From Trichoplax adhaerens (taxonomy: Eukaryota > Animalia > Placozoa): a DNA stretch of 64,000 bases. This document shows, piece after piece, positions 1 to 12,856 of the stretch (the first letter of the stretch is position 1; each line of letters begins with the position of its first letter). The notes under the pieces are model-generated. The model was not told the origin of the DNA and did no database searches. It saw only the letters and a list, made by a program, of their open reading frames with translations. The position numbers were made by a program, and so were the translations under genes. Location: positions 7,820,066 through 7,884,065 of the forward strand of contig NW_002060943.1 in assembly GCF_000150275.1 (NCBI RefSeq). The letters run 5' to 3'.

Positions 1-403
1 ACTCGTATATACTGTAGAACACTTAAATTGATCCAATCAATAATAGACGTTGTGTGACAAAATAACTATATTGCGATACCAATCAAATCAGTCGACAAGC
101 GTAATTCGTCCAATAATTATAGGCTACTCTAGTATATACAGTACATTGACAAATTAGTTAAATAAGATTTATTATACTGTATGTAACTGCAAGTATATGG
201 AGATAGAATAATCACCCCTAAAATCTACTGTACCGTATTCGTTTAAGGTCTAGCACTTTGGAAGAAAGATGCTATTCTAATGGATAGCATTTTGTAAACT
301 TGCATGAATGTCTTATCAGAAGATATGTTAATAAACTAATTATATAAAATCCTTCATCTTTAAAATATATTAATCATTCGAATCGCTGTTCATAAACCAA
401 AAG

Positions 404-1713
404 TTTTTGAAGAATTCTGTCAAATTGCCTGTGCTACTGTACAAAATGGTCTAAACCCTAAAGTTTACCAAACTGCAGCCCGTGAGTAAAGACTGTCAAG
501 TTATAAATTTGCATAGGTGTAATAAATGTATGAGCTCATATCGAATTCACGTATCCAAAATTGTAGTACACTATTTGTGGGAAGTTCTGTATTTGTATGC
601 TAGCAGCTGCAAATCAACAACATGTTGACTGCGTTTGATACAAATTGTTTTCCTTTCAGAAAAATTAAATGTCCCCTCAAATACGATCAAAAATAGCGTT
701 GGTGGACTTGTACATTTATTATTAGAGAGTGCAAAACTCGCGGTGAGTAGTTGACAAACCCAATTTATGTTGATGTCGTCTTTATCAATTGGGCCGTGCA
801 TATCTAGGCCTTTCATCTTATATGCGACGTTACCCTTTAAATTAATTAACAATTTAGCAATTGAAACGTTGTAATACCAGCTTGAACTATATTAGTTTAC
901 GATACGATAGCAGGGAATTTGAAACCTTAAATATCTCACTTAAATACAATATATCCGCTCGCATGACTGCAGAAAATTAATAATTTTAGGCAGTTGATTC
1001 ACATAAATGATAATTTTTTGTTTGCTAGTTAAATGAGATCGATTTTCAGGATTCTGTCTTAACGCTAGGATTTAGTGAGGAGGCGAAAGAAACGTTACTG
1101 AAGGTATAGTAATAAAATCATATTCTTCTAAACAGTTCCAGCGATTCATACACTACCGTATTTATTAATGAGATACGAGTATATGCTAGCATTACTGAGT
1201 ATTTCATAATATAAAAATATTTTGATTAATTGTATTGAAAACTGCAGGCGTATAAGCAAACATTGGATGAGGTCAGGAAAAATCTATCGAACGTTTCGCT
1301 GTCTTTACCTCATTATCGAAACTTGGAATGGCGATTTGATGTGCAGGTTGACTAATATAATCAGTTGATTGCTATAAATTTATACTGTAGTAACTAGCGT
1401 TTAATATACATATTATAATCTACAAAATATTTTTCCAGGTCGCTAGCCGAGCCTTAAGGCAACAGGTCGAACCGCGCATAGTTTTCAAGTTAAATGTAGT
1501 AGAAAATGGTAAGATAGCGCTCCTTGTTTTCGTAAAAATATCAACGTATTGTTTGCCGTTAAATGCTTGCTTTTATGTTATGCAATAGATACCGTAACTA
1601 GCGAATTGTTACAAACTGACATCAATAATCTCGCGCACATGGTTTCGAAATTGGAAGCTGCACTTGCAGAGATGAAAACTAATCACTGCCGTCGAATTCT
1701 ACGTAACATCTAA
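404..1713 (+). CDS. COMMD2: COMM domain-containing protein 2 (spliced; first exon not located)
   Basis: GT-AG exons ~404-481, 660-742, 1029-1103, 1248-1347, 1439-1508, 1590-1713 join in frame: FEEFCQIACATVQNGLNPKVYQTAA/KLNVPSNTIKNSVGGLVHLLLESAK/LPHYRNLEWRFDVQVASRALRQQV/LQTDINNLAHMVSKLEAALAEMKTNHCRRILRNI*. This matches the COMMD2 COMM domain and C-terminus. Confidence 0.92.
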
Positions 1714-2374
1714 TGTATCTCTTTCCTTCTGTACGAATATTTCTAAATGAATACAAGCAATGTATTAGAATTTATACATAGTTTTTAAAAATATTTCACA
1801 AAAGCCGTGGTTAAGTTTGATGGTATGGTTGTGATCAAAGTCAAAACTACTGAATATTCAAATGTATATCATAGTGCCCTGTAATTCCAAATATAAATCA
1901 TACTTTGAACTGCCAGATTACTTATTGTAGCACTACTCATGTAATTGTGTCTATTGTAGGTCTAAAATAATTATATTTTTATCCTTTATGTACAGTAATT
2001 AGTTTCGTATATGAAAATTACCGAATAAAATGCATTATGAGTTCATCAAAAAATATATAAGTTGTTTAATTTTGATATAAACACACTAAACCCTGTTAGC
2101 ACAGTAAATAAATACAGTAACAGAAATTTTCGTGCAATATCATCATGTCACAAGGTAAATAAGAGTCTTAAAACAGTATCATACAGCGCTATAAATTAGA
2201 AATCTTACAAGAGTATCCTTAAGTTTAATTGTAAATGTACAATTTTTTATGAGTAGCCATTAAATTTTATAAATTAAACTTTTAGCAACTCCGTAGTAGA
2301 GTTCTATATATTTATTGCTATGATCTATCATAGTTACAGTAATATCATCCATAGCCATTGCATCTACCGATAAA

Positions 2375-4388
2375 TTATGTACGATCTTTAGAACGACGTC
2401 GATAAGTATCCCTGTTTCTAGACCCATCAAACCTATCACGTCTAGAGTCTTTATCGCGCCTTTCGTTGAGCTTATAATCTCGATTCTTAGACCTATGCTG
2501 ATTAGACTGATCGTCGTATGATGTAAATTTATCAGCACTTTTATATTCCGAAACAGATCTCTCCGGTTTTACTCTATTGTTTACTTCTTCTCGGTCTCGA
2601 CTTTTATAATCATTATGGTCGGTTTTAAGACTCTTTTTCGAAGTAGTCTCTCTTTCATCCTTTCTTTTTCGATCTTTCTTTTGCTTTTTCTTTTTTACTT
2701 TTATTTCTTTCTCATCTTCTACCTCATCAACTTCGGATGATGACGGTGTCTTAGGTGCACAATTGGTACCCTTAATAATATTGCCATCTTCATCTTTTGG
2801 AGGTCGATAATTCTTTACGTGGTCAACACGTATTGTTCTATCAAGTAGCTACATTACATGAGGGCAAAAAAACAGTAATAATTGTAAAAGTTGTCCATAT
2901 GTCCGGCTAAAAAACTCCAAGTATGCAATATACCTTAATTCCATTAAAATTATCAACCGCTAATGTAGTACTACGTTGATCTTCATAAGCCAAGAAGCAA
3001 TATCCCTTTGTTTTACCGGTTTTTTTATCGCGTATATAATTAATATCAACAACTTCACCATATCTGTAAGACGTTAACGAGATAATTTAATTCATATTAT
3101 TACAAATTAAGCAAAATAAATAATTAAGTTCACCCTAGATATTAATACAGTACTTGATAGAGATAGAGTGAATACGTACTGTGAGAAAACTGTAATTATG
3201 TCGCCTTCAGTTAGGCCGTAAGCTAGGCCGCCTAAGATTAAAGTATAGAAAGATCATAAATGTATGCATCACCAGCCAGTTAAAATACCATAGTTACATT
3301 TCAATGAAAAACTTCACATATGCTACGAATATGATTGAGAACAGGAAGAAGAGAGAGCTTAGTAATATCGTATAAATTTTCTATCTTTTCTAATGTTGAA
3401 GATTATACAAGTTTAGCTAAGCATAGTACATCCAGATCTAATCAATTGTATATACTACGGCAAAAATAGCCGTCTATTCCAAATTGAGCATAAGGGGAAT
3501 AAAATTGCAACTTTAACACAGCACACCTAGAGGTTTATCAAGCTCCTAGTACTAATGATAACAATGATCGGTTCAATAATTGAATAGTAATTCAATGGAT
3601 AGATTGCATGCGAATTCTGGATTAGATAATCAATACTTTAAACGTAAAAATTATTTCTTCTGTTGTATTTAGGTAATGAATTTAAACTTTCATAGGAACA
3701 TTACAAATTACAGTAAAATTTTCTATCAAAATATCAACGAATTTCACAGCATGCAAAGTAAAGATTGAAGACTACTCTCAAAGTTACTTACTGTTACTTG
3801 TAACAAAGAGTAAGAAGGCTTCCACTCTACTATCGTTAAATCAGTAATAGAAATTACTCCTCTACATACGAGGGATTATTATTAATGATAGTATGCTCTC
3901 AATAAGACTTCTATTTTAGTTACATGCAATTACTACAGCTTTTAATCTCGAGCCGTAAACTGACTCAAATCCAATCAACCGATTGCGATATTCATACAGT
4001 AGTAGCAATTATACAAAGCACATACGTACATACGATCCAGTTAATAGTGTCAATGTACTCACAATTATTCCATTTATAACATAACATACCTATAAAAACA
4101 TATGCACTTTCTTTATATTGATCGTGCCAAGTAGTGCTCTTGCTACCAGTAAGATGCAACTCTGTTTCGTTAATTTTTTGAATTGCCTTGACATTACTGA
4201 TACATCAAGAGAGAACATCAACATTAGAAAACCCAACGATTACTTCTGCACTATCAATCTATCATGTCTATTTCAACACGAATTAGATATGACATAATTA
4301 CAAGTATACTCTATAATGTGCTATACAGTGAAATAGTTATGTTTCCTTGGCTAAATAGCATTACATTAGACGAAATAACTCACTTCAT
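2375..4388 (-). CDS. RBMX2: RNA-binding motif protein X-linked 2 (Snu17/IST3, RES complex)
   Basis: Exons ~4388-4384 (ATGAA|gtgag), 4196-4090, ~3231-3180, ~3064-2934, ~2849-2375 give [85 protein letters not shown] (RRM), then a K/R/D-rich tail. Confidence 0.93.
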
Positions 4389-4459
4389 GGTGATTCTTGT
4401 CGCATATAATTTTCCTTGAGGTCTTGAGATACTATATTTGCAAAGATTCGTGTTGGGTA

Positions 4460-4590
4460 GCTGTAGCTGCACCGTAGTATTTTTATACCTTAGTACAGTA
4501 GTACAGCATGATACTGTACACTGTATAATGCAGTATGTTATGAGTAATGCACTAGCAGCTGTCCTCGACTGCCGTCCGTACTGTACTAGG
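4460..4590. promoter_or_regulatory. TACAGTA/TACTGTA-rich cluster upstream of RBMX2
   Basis: tagtacagtagtacagcatgatactgtacactgtataatgcagta...gtactgtacta lies 70-200 bp upstream of the ATG. Confidence 0.5.
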
Positions 4591-4655
4591 GCCAGATTAT
4601 GAACGTACAGGTAGGGTTAGGGGAACTCGACTCTGCTGAATGTTCAAATATTCAA

Positions 4656-4723
4656 CCATGGACTACTAGAAATTATAGCAGTAGATAAAAATTAAGGTAT
4701 AATTTCTAATTTCTAGTCCATGG
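4656..4723. repeat. Short palindromic MITE-like element (CATGGACTA family)
   Basis: ccatggactactagaaattata...tataatttctaatttctagtccatgg forms terminal inverted repeats. Confidence 0.65.
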
Positions 4724-5522
4724 CGTTATAATATTTCACGTAGCGAGGCACAGATGGTAGTGATAGACGAAAGGAGTTTGAATGCTACTCTCAATGTAAT
4801 AGAGTACAAGCAAATGTGCACCAAAACGAGTACCTTAATTTTTGCAAGCTTTTAAGCATTAAAATTAGTTGAACTAAAACGAGTGTACCCGTACATAATT
4901 ACTTCCGTTAATCCTGCTTAATAGTATAAAATAAATAGTATGATATTGAACAGTGGAATATACACGATCGAATGTACATGAATATTAGTTTATTAGATGA
5001 TCAAACTCAATTTGTAATACGAGCAGAACTACCGAAATTCGCCACTTCACCGTACTAACTGCGCCGTTTTAATCCTCCCTAGAAGCTATGAGCTTTTTCA
5101 TTTAGATAGGCAGTAGCAATATTCTAATATTACATTCAAGGCGGATAAAAATCTTGTAATAAGTCATGTAAAATATGAATGAATTCTATTTCTTTTGAGA
5201 ATGATACATAGTTAATGAAATAGGATAGACCTTTAATAAAATGCATTTATCGGTGAGTATACAGGATACAAACATGTCGGTATGGTATACTCATATGGTA
5301 CACAAGTATTCTGCCGTAAAGGTGCATAATATCCTTTACATAGCTTATTTTAAATGTACTTACAATTAGTAATTGACTTTACGCTGAAATACTTTATCAT
5401 TATTATTAATAATACATTCAACACGTTAACAAAATCCTACAGTATCTAATCTTTAGCATTGGATGTCGTTTTGTGCAACTAAATCCGTTGATTCATTTTC
5501 TTAATTTAGAACAGCCTATGAA

Positions 5523-7030
5523 TTAATAATGCTGCATCATGTAGTTAACTTTATTCAAGAAAAACTGATTTTGCAAGGCAATCAATTCTTCACTTATGCT
5601 CTTTTCCTTGTCGTCACTTACGGGCTCAGCAGATAATTCCTTTGTATTATCTGTGTTGGTTTGCGACTATTAATGCAAATAATACAATGTATATTAGTGC
5701 AGTCCAAAAATCTTTACTTCATCATCGCAAAGCGGTAAAGAAATGGATTACTTATCATCTACTGGCAGTAACTACGACAAAGTCAAACTACGCCTATATT
5801 AGATTCACCTTTTATACAAATACAACCGTAATTTATTAGGCAAAAAAGTAATGAAATAAGTTTAATGACCGTAAACAAAAAGAAATGAATGGTAAATACT
5901 ACTGTTCACATTGTATTAATATCTAACGTTTACATGATAATTCGTATTTATTACATTATGTGAATCATCTACCTTGCCGTATAATTCTTTAATTTCACGA
6001 TATTTCCACTCCCTATAATTAATTGTCGAATAGCAAATGTTTTAATATCTAACGGCAGCAGATTTATCAAGATACCACCAAAAAAATTTTCAATTTCTAT
6101 TTCAATATGGTGTTCTATGAAAGTACAATACCCATATAAAAATACCTACATGGTAACATTCTAGCGTACGATAACACCAAAATGCAACAAAGATGTACGC
6201 TGTCAAATTGATTATAGAATTTACACACCTTAACGATAGTACCCTTAAATATAACAGTAAAAAATGCCGGGATATCGTATTAATAATATAATATAATTTA
6301 TGGTTTCTATTTGGAAAACTATAACTGATAATAAGTTATCTGAAATCCTGCAACAATTTTACTATCATAATCACTTTAAATTAGGAATCTACCAATAAAT
6401 AAATTATGAAACGTATGAGAATTACTGCATAGATGACGATATTGTTTTTATAAATCTTGTACCAGGCAATACAAAATAGTAAGGAAATACGAGCAGGATC
6501 ATATGAATTTCGTATTACTACATCATAAAGAAAATCTCAAATACTCTTTAATTTATATCAATCCTTTGATATTAATAAATAATAAAGATATCATATGAAC
6601 GCTGCCTTAATGATTTGAGTAAATAAAAGCAAACATACGTATGTAAATCGTTTACCATAGTTTTATAGCTCGACGTTCAGCCCTACAAGACTCTTTCCAT
6701 CGTTCATCTTGTCGAGTAACTGAATGATCGTTTGTACCAACTGCAGTGAAAGTTCCAACCGTATCGGATAAGGTTGAACATTCTGAAAGTGAAATAGACA
6801 ACCTATCGGAATCAGCTGTATTAACTGCCTTATTCTGGAATTTGGAAGATTGCCCTTGCATTTCGCTTAAATAGCCACTTTTTGCTACTGCTTCAAGTTA
6901 AAGATTAAAAGCATAACTATTTCCTCTGCTGATTATTAGTTAGAATTACATATTACATTATGGTAAGCACCATAGTAGCCAAATTATAGTATTACTTACC
7001 TGAAATTGTGTAAATGATTTTCCTGCCTTA
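5523..7030 (-). CDS. Uncharacterised spliced gene with a C2orf50/C20orf85 (CIMIP)-like motif; 5' end unresolved
   Basis: Phase-compatible exons ~6893-6656, ~6012-5973 and 5639-5523 read ...SVTRQDERWKESCRAERRAIKLWEWKYREIKELYGK ELSAEPVSDDKEKSISEELIALQNQFFLNKVNYMMQHY*. There is an upstream donor cag|gtaagt at ~7000. Confidence 0.55.
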
Positions 7031-7323
7031 AAATGATATTAAAACGTACCTCTTAAAGCAATAAATTGAAATATTAACTGAAATTCTAACTCTCATACAA
7101 ATATAACTTTTGAATTACGTGCGAAAGAAATCACCGATGTTTGTGATGTTATAACTTATTATCCTATAACTAAGTAACCAATGTAGAGTAAATGAATTAC
7201 TTTACTGAGATTCCGATTTCTTAAAAGTCATCAATTTCATCTCCTAGGAAACGTTGTTTAAATTATTAGCTTTTATGACTATCAATTTACCTATTTTTAT
7301 ATACAATTAGCAATGCTTAATGG

Positions 7324-7373
7324 NNNNNNNNNNNNNNNNNNNNNNNNNNNNNNNNNNNNNNNNNNNNNNNNNN
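7324..7373. other. Assembly gap (50 N)
   Basis: Run of N. Confidence 1.
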
Positions 7374-8391
7374 ACTATTCAAGATTATGGGAAGTATAGA
7401 AAGGAATTCAAAACTGTGATAGCAGAAGAAAATTCGGAGATTTACGTATCATAAATCCATAAATGTCCATCAAATTATACGCTTATGCGTAACAACACCG
7501 CAAAATATTGATCTTAGATATTTTACGCAAATGTTAGCATCTTTGATATCGGGAAATTGATTACTTACATTCGTATACATAATTATTGACATCTTTATTT
7601 TTTTCATACATCTGTTAATTTATCAAATAGAATTATTATTATGATTTGCATTATTATCTACGGATTGTATTCAACGGTTAACTACATTAATTGGAAGAGA
7701 ATGGCATCATTGTTATTATTTCATTACCAAACCTCACAATTATTTAATTTTCTATAATATTCGTAGCTTTATTTATCTTGTCTTTAGATGCAATTGTTTT
7801 CTCATTTTTCCTCGTATATATATATGCTAATTAGTCCTAATAACTTGTACAGTGTGATGAATTTCGGGTATTTTTTTTTTCACCTAGGTGCTTGGTAGTA
7901 AATATGCGAATAACAAATATATCATATCTTCAATTCATGTGAAAAGCGGAAAAGGGAAGGATCTAGCATAGAAGTAACGCTTATCATATTGTATATTGTA
8001 TATGTAATTATAAACGTATGTATTATACGTACGTGCGCGTATACTTACACATTTATATACGAGTACATATGTATATGATTAAAATTTTGAAAACTTAAAA
8101 TTAATCTTTGATCCAAATTGTAAATATCACAAGATTGAATAATAACTACGATTATACTGGTAAATACCATTGCATCCCATAGTCATCCATGGCAAACGAT
8201 ATAAGAATATCACTTTATGCTTGATACAAGATTACCCCTGTCAATTATTACGCTGCAAGCCATTCATCCAATCCACTGTATAAAAACTTTTTAAGTTTAC
8301 CTCGTCGCTAAATTAAAATTACCCCATTATACCGATATTGCTCACATAGCCAACTCAAAATTAGCACCATTAATCTATAACATAATACTTG

Positions 8392-8434
8392 CATGGACTA
8401 CTCGATATACCTACCGTGCATCTAGTAGTCCATG
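8392..8434. repeat. Short palindromic element (CATGGACTA family)
   Basis: catggactactcgat...atctagtagtccatg is a 14/15 inverted repeat. Confidence 0.65.
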
Positions 8435-9044
8435 ATATTTGTATCTGCGCGAAGCATTAAAGGTATTATACGTCTATCTTTTACATATTTTATAATAGGG
8501 ATAAAATAAACGGATATTAAAATGATCCCATATTAACTAATTTCATATAAATATAGCAAGATAATACTTAATATAGTTATTTTCCCGTAATTGCTTTAAT
8601 TATCAAATACATCGTACTGTAGCCAACCAACTTGGTGGCTACTTTGGGAGCACACTTGTAAAGAGTACAATGTACGATTACAGACGTGTTATACGGTTAA
8701 AATGACCAACAAAAAAGTCGGCCCTCACATTTATATTGAGGAAAAGTCGTTTCCCATCCCTCTTTCTTTTTCTTCAGTAGTCCTGATGATACTATACATG
8801 GCTAATTAAGTGATACAGAAGTATCGACATGAATAATTCTAATTCAAATATATACAGTAATGTATACCGATGTGTTTATTTGCGTTTGCAACTTTTGGAT
8901 GGCAAAGTACATAGTAATTATCACTATGTGCTTCGATTGTTTTTGCATGCTATATAATGGTGTAAAGTATAGTAATTCTATGTTAGTTAGTTTCAGTAAT
9001 ATTTTTTCCCTTTTTCTATGTCTGAAAAGAAAATAAACATGCTG

Positions 9045-9150
9045 TCTACTGTAAGTCAGTATGAGCACTGTATACTGTATGGAAACAGACTAGAATCGAT
9101 ACTCGACCCTTTAAAGTATCCATTGTACCGCTGTACTGTACTGTATCGTA
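9045..9150. promoter_or_regulatory. TACTGTA-rich cluster upstream of ZGPAT
   Basis: ctactgtaag, cactgtatactgta and ctgtactgtactgtatcgtacta lie ~110-210 bp before the ATG. Confidence 0.5.
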
Positions 9151-9256
9151 CTAGACTGAGGAGTTATAGTATTGCATTGGATAGTATGATGCTGCTCTAC
9201 ATAGCAATATCTCAGTTTTTAGACGTTTAGCACTAGAACAGCAACAGAAGATTTGA

Positions 9257-12200
9257 ATGGATGAGGAAAAGTTAAAACAAGACCTAGAAAACTTTAAACA
9301 GCAGGTATAAAATTATAATATACAGTAACAAGTTTATCGTATGATCAATCTTGTTGTCGTCTTAAATCATGTATAATCTATCATACTTATCGTAGCGTAT
9401 TGAGACTACACTAAAGAAGTTGTCAATGAACCGGTTGTTATTCGTGCACGTTATTACTGCCTTTTCGCTACTTGTTCATGAAGGTTAACTATCTAATAGG
9501 ATTACGTATACGAGTATTTCTGTCTATTTTTAAGCTGATTTATGTGCAGTCGCTATTATATGTGTCGTAGAGTACTGAATTACTTTAATAGTCTAAAGGA
9601 TTTATCGATAAATCGTCGGCTATTCGTGTACACGGTCATACAGTATTACACCTTCTCCAACTTTGTCACTAGTTCAGTATGCGATTAAATGCCGTATCTA
9701 GATTAAGCGATTGTACGTTTACTGACTATATACTCTAAAATTTCAGCAATCAATCGCTAGTTATTCGTGTACACTCTCATAATGCACCTCGCCAGTTTCA
9801 TCATTTGTTTATTAAAAGGTTAAATATCGAATTAACGTATACAATTTCTGTAGAGTCATGACTCTAGCTAGAAGACTAGAAAGCTTGTCGATGATTCACT
9901 CTCTATTTTTATCACTTGTTCATTCAAGGTTAAGTATCTAAATTATATATACGATTACTGTGCATTTTAAAGCTGAACCAAGTAGAGTTGTTGATTGCAT
10001 CTGGATCTGAAGATGAAGATATTAGCAAATTAAAAGATGATTTGAAGCAATTAATTGAATTAACCGAAGGTATATTCTGTACATAGAAAAAGGGATTACT
10101 GTAAAAATACTGTGTCTTGCAAATGTGCTCAAGCATGGTTATAATGGCACCCTGGTAAATTTTTGATGCAAATGAGATTAATAGTACAACTTCATTTTGC
10201 TTCAAGGTAGCTTATTGTCACTGAAGAAAAGCAAATTGATATCTTATATCGATCAAGTAATCGATGTCCAAACCACCTCAAGTTCCACATCAAATGACAA
10301 CAAAACCACAACATTACAGCAACGACGTCATGTTAATGAGAAATATACCGTAGGAGCAAAGTGTAGAGCTCCGTATCAACATTCATGGGGTGGAATCCAG
10401 TATGGCAATGCGGTTATTGTTGATACAGATTCGTTAGATGAATCAGATATAGTTAGTAGCTTTAAAATTAAAATTAATAGCAGTACTAGAATTTCTGCAG
10501 CCTCTTTTAGCATACTGTGACTTTCGATAACATCAAGTTGTTTTCTGTGTTTCTCACCCTTAGGTAAAGGTTATGTTTCTAAATCCTATATCTCATGAAA
10601 TGCGCCCCTGCCCCTTCTATTTAGACGGCCAATGCAATTATAGTGATGAAGATTGCAAGTAATTTCATATCGTCTTACGATCCACAGTTTATAAAATATT
10701 TATCCATACGATGATACTAAATTAATTTCTGATGATGATGTTAAAACTTTGTCATTACCTTCACGATTAGATATAGTCATGGCTATCCAGTAAACATCTC
10801 TGACATGAAATCGTTTGAGGAACCTAATTTTAGGTACAAAAATTCGTACTTGCTGATATTATCCAATAATACAAGATAAAACCAACTAACTTAGATATTA
10901 TCAACCGTATGGATCATGTATAAACTAACTATCCCCCTTTATCTTCCATTAAATATAGTATAATAAAAGAACGAGGATCGTGTTTAGCAAAATATAAAGA
11001 TGACCTATGGTACAGAGCAACTATTAGGTACAGTTCAACTTCCAAAGATATTCGTAATATTATAACTACTGTAAGATTTTATATTAAACTGTATTTTCGA
11101 CTTGCATAATTAAAGAGGCATACTTGACGATGGGAAAATTAGCATCCATTATGACCAATACAGCATTGATAGTATCGTGAAGATTGAAGATATTCTCCCT
11201 ATTGAAGGTAACACATTGCTTTTTAAGCTTTCGGAATGCTTTTTTAATTTCAAATGTATTATACATTATGTCATATATTTATCCATTTTTATTTTCAGAT
11301 ATTGAAGATTCAAATTCATCACTTGAAGATGAAGATATCAGTGACTACGATATACATAGCGATGACAGTGCTGATAATGAATCAAAAATTACCGGAGTTA
11401 TATCACTTTCCGTCAATCCTTCCGAAAAATACAAATTAGGTGAATGGGAAAATCATACCAAGGTACTGAATTTGCGAGAATTTTCACACACTTTTCTCTT
11501 CGCTCCTCAACAATCACTAATAATTAAAAGTAATTTCTATCCATTTTTTACCTACTTTTTAACTAGGGAGTAGGCTCTAAGCTCTTAGCAAAGATGGGAT
11601 ATATTCCAGGGCGAGTTGAAGAGAATCTGAATGAATGATGACCGTTGATTTCATCAAATATTGTATAGAGTAGTACTAATATTGTATCATGTTACATCTT
11701 GTAGGAAAGGCCTAGGAAAGAGAAATGAAGGAATAATTGAGCCAGTTATTATATCCGTTTTTCCAAAAGGCATGATAATTCTCTTTCAATTAAATCTCTA
11801 TAATTGACCTGACTTCTGTCCATGATTAATCGAATTATACTGTATTAGGAGCGTCACTTGATACTTGTAAGGAATTACGAGAGACGGACCGATTAAAAAA
11901 TCCATTCAAGACCAAAACTAAAAAAAAAATTACAGAGTTAAAAAGCCAGCGAGAATCCCGTGATAAAACGTCCAAAGCAGTGAGTTTGGATTTCGTATTC
12001 GCATTATGTTTTGATAAATACGTTCATCACTATGATATTTTATTGTTCTGCAGGCAAATGATGACGATAGTACGGCCTTTGATATTTTTGACTTCATAAA
12101 TGATCGCTTAAGCAGTAAGTTTGGAGACACTGTGTTGAGCTGCACTTGTAATCTTGCGCAAGCATAATGCATACCAACAAAATACATACTAGCATAAGCT

Positions 12201-12856
12201 TACCTTACATGGAAGATCGCATACTCAGTTGTATTGAAGTGCTTGGAGTAGATTTTGCGTAACATTAACAATGTATATTCTCATTCTCTCTTGTAGATGT
12301 TAGTGGAGCTAATGTTGCTGAACATAGAAACGATGTTAAAAGGAGTAGAAAATCGGAAAAGGATCAAAATCCTAAAAATTTAAATATCGAAGTACGACCA
12401 GAATGTTTATCTCTTGTACTTAGTTTTGTTTTCTGATTCACCTCCAGACTTTATTAAAATTTCACATTTTTTTATAGTTAGTAAAGGTTCAACAAGAAAT
12501 TAAAAATTTAAAAAAGATACGCTCATCTCAAAATACTTCACTTGGTCGACATACTGGAAAGTATGAATTTACCGTAATCATTTTTAAGAAATAATGTATG
12601 TTGTTTATTTTCAGTCCATACAGACTATAAAGTATGTAGGTAGTAACTTTAGAAGCGCTACTTCGTAAAAATTGACTTGCATCGATTTGATGTAAAAACT
12701 CTATGGTGTTAATATAGGGATAAAAGAATGGAAGATCGCATTACAAATAAATTAAGAGCAACTTCAGCTTCCTTATCTCGTCTAGAGGAAAAAGAAAGGT
12801 CACTGCAGTACCGTTTAAAAATCAATACTGAGAAGAAGAAAATGACCATCTTTTGA
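9257..12856 (+). CDS. ZGPAT: Zinc finger CCCH-type with G-patch domain protein
   Basis: MDEEKLKQDLENFKQQ...LKQLIELTEGSLLSLKKSKL; CCCH finger MRPCPFYLDGQCNYSDEDCKYSHG; Tudor-like CLAKYKDDLWYRA; G-patch [37 protein letters not shown]; C-terminus KKKMTIF*. Confidence 0.93.

Noticed and set aside
571-852. 93-aa minus-strand ORF, and similar short ORFs (2260, 9930, 11930, 15788, 44464, 53957, 61964)
   Set aside because: Antisense or off-frame shadows of real exons.
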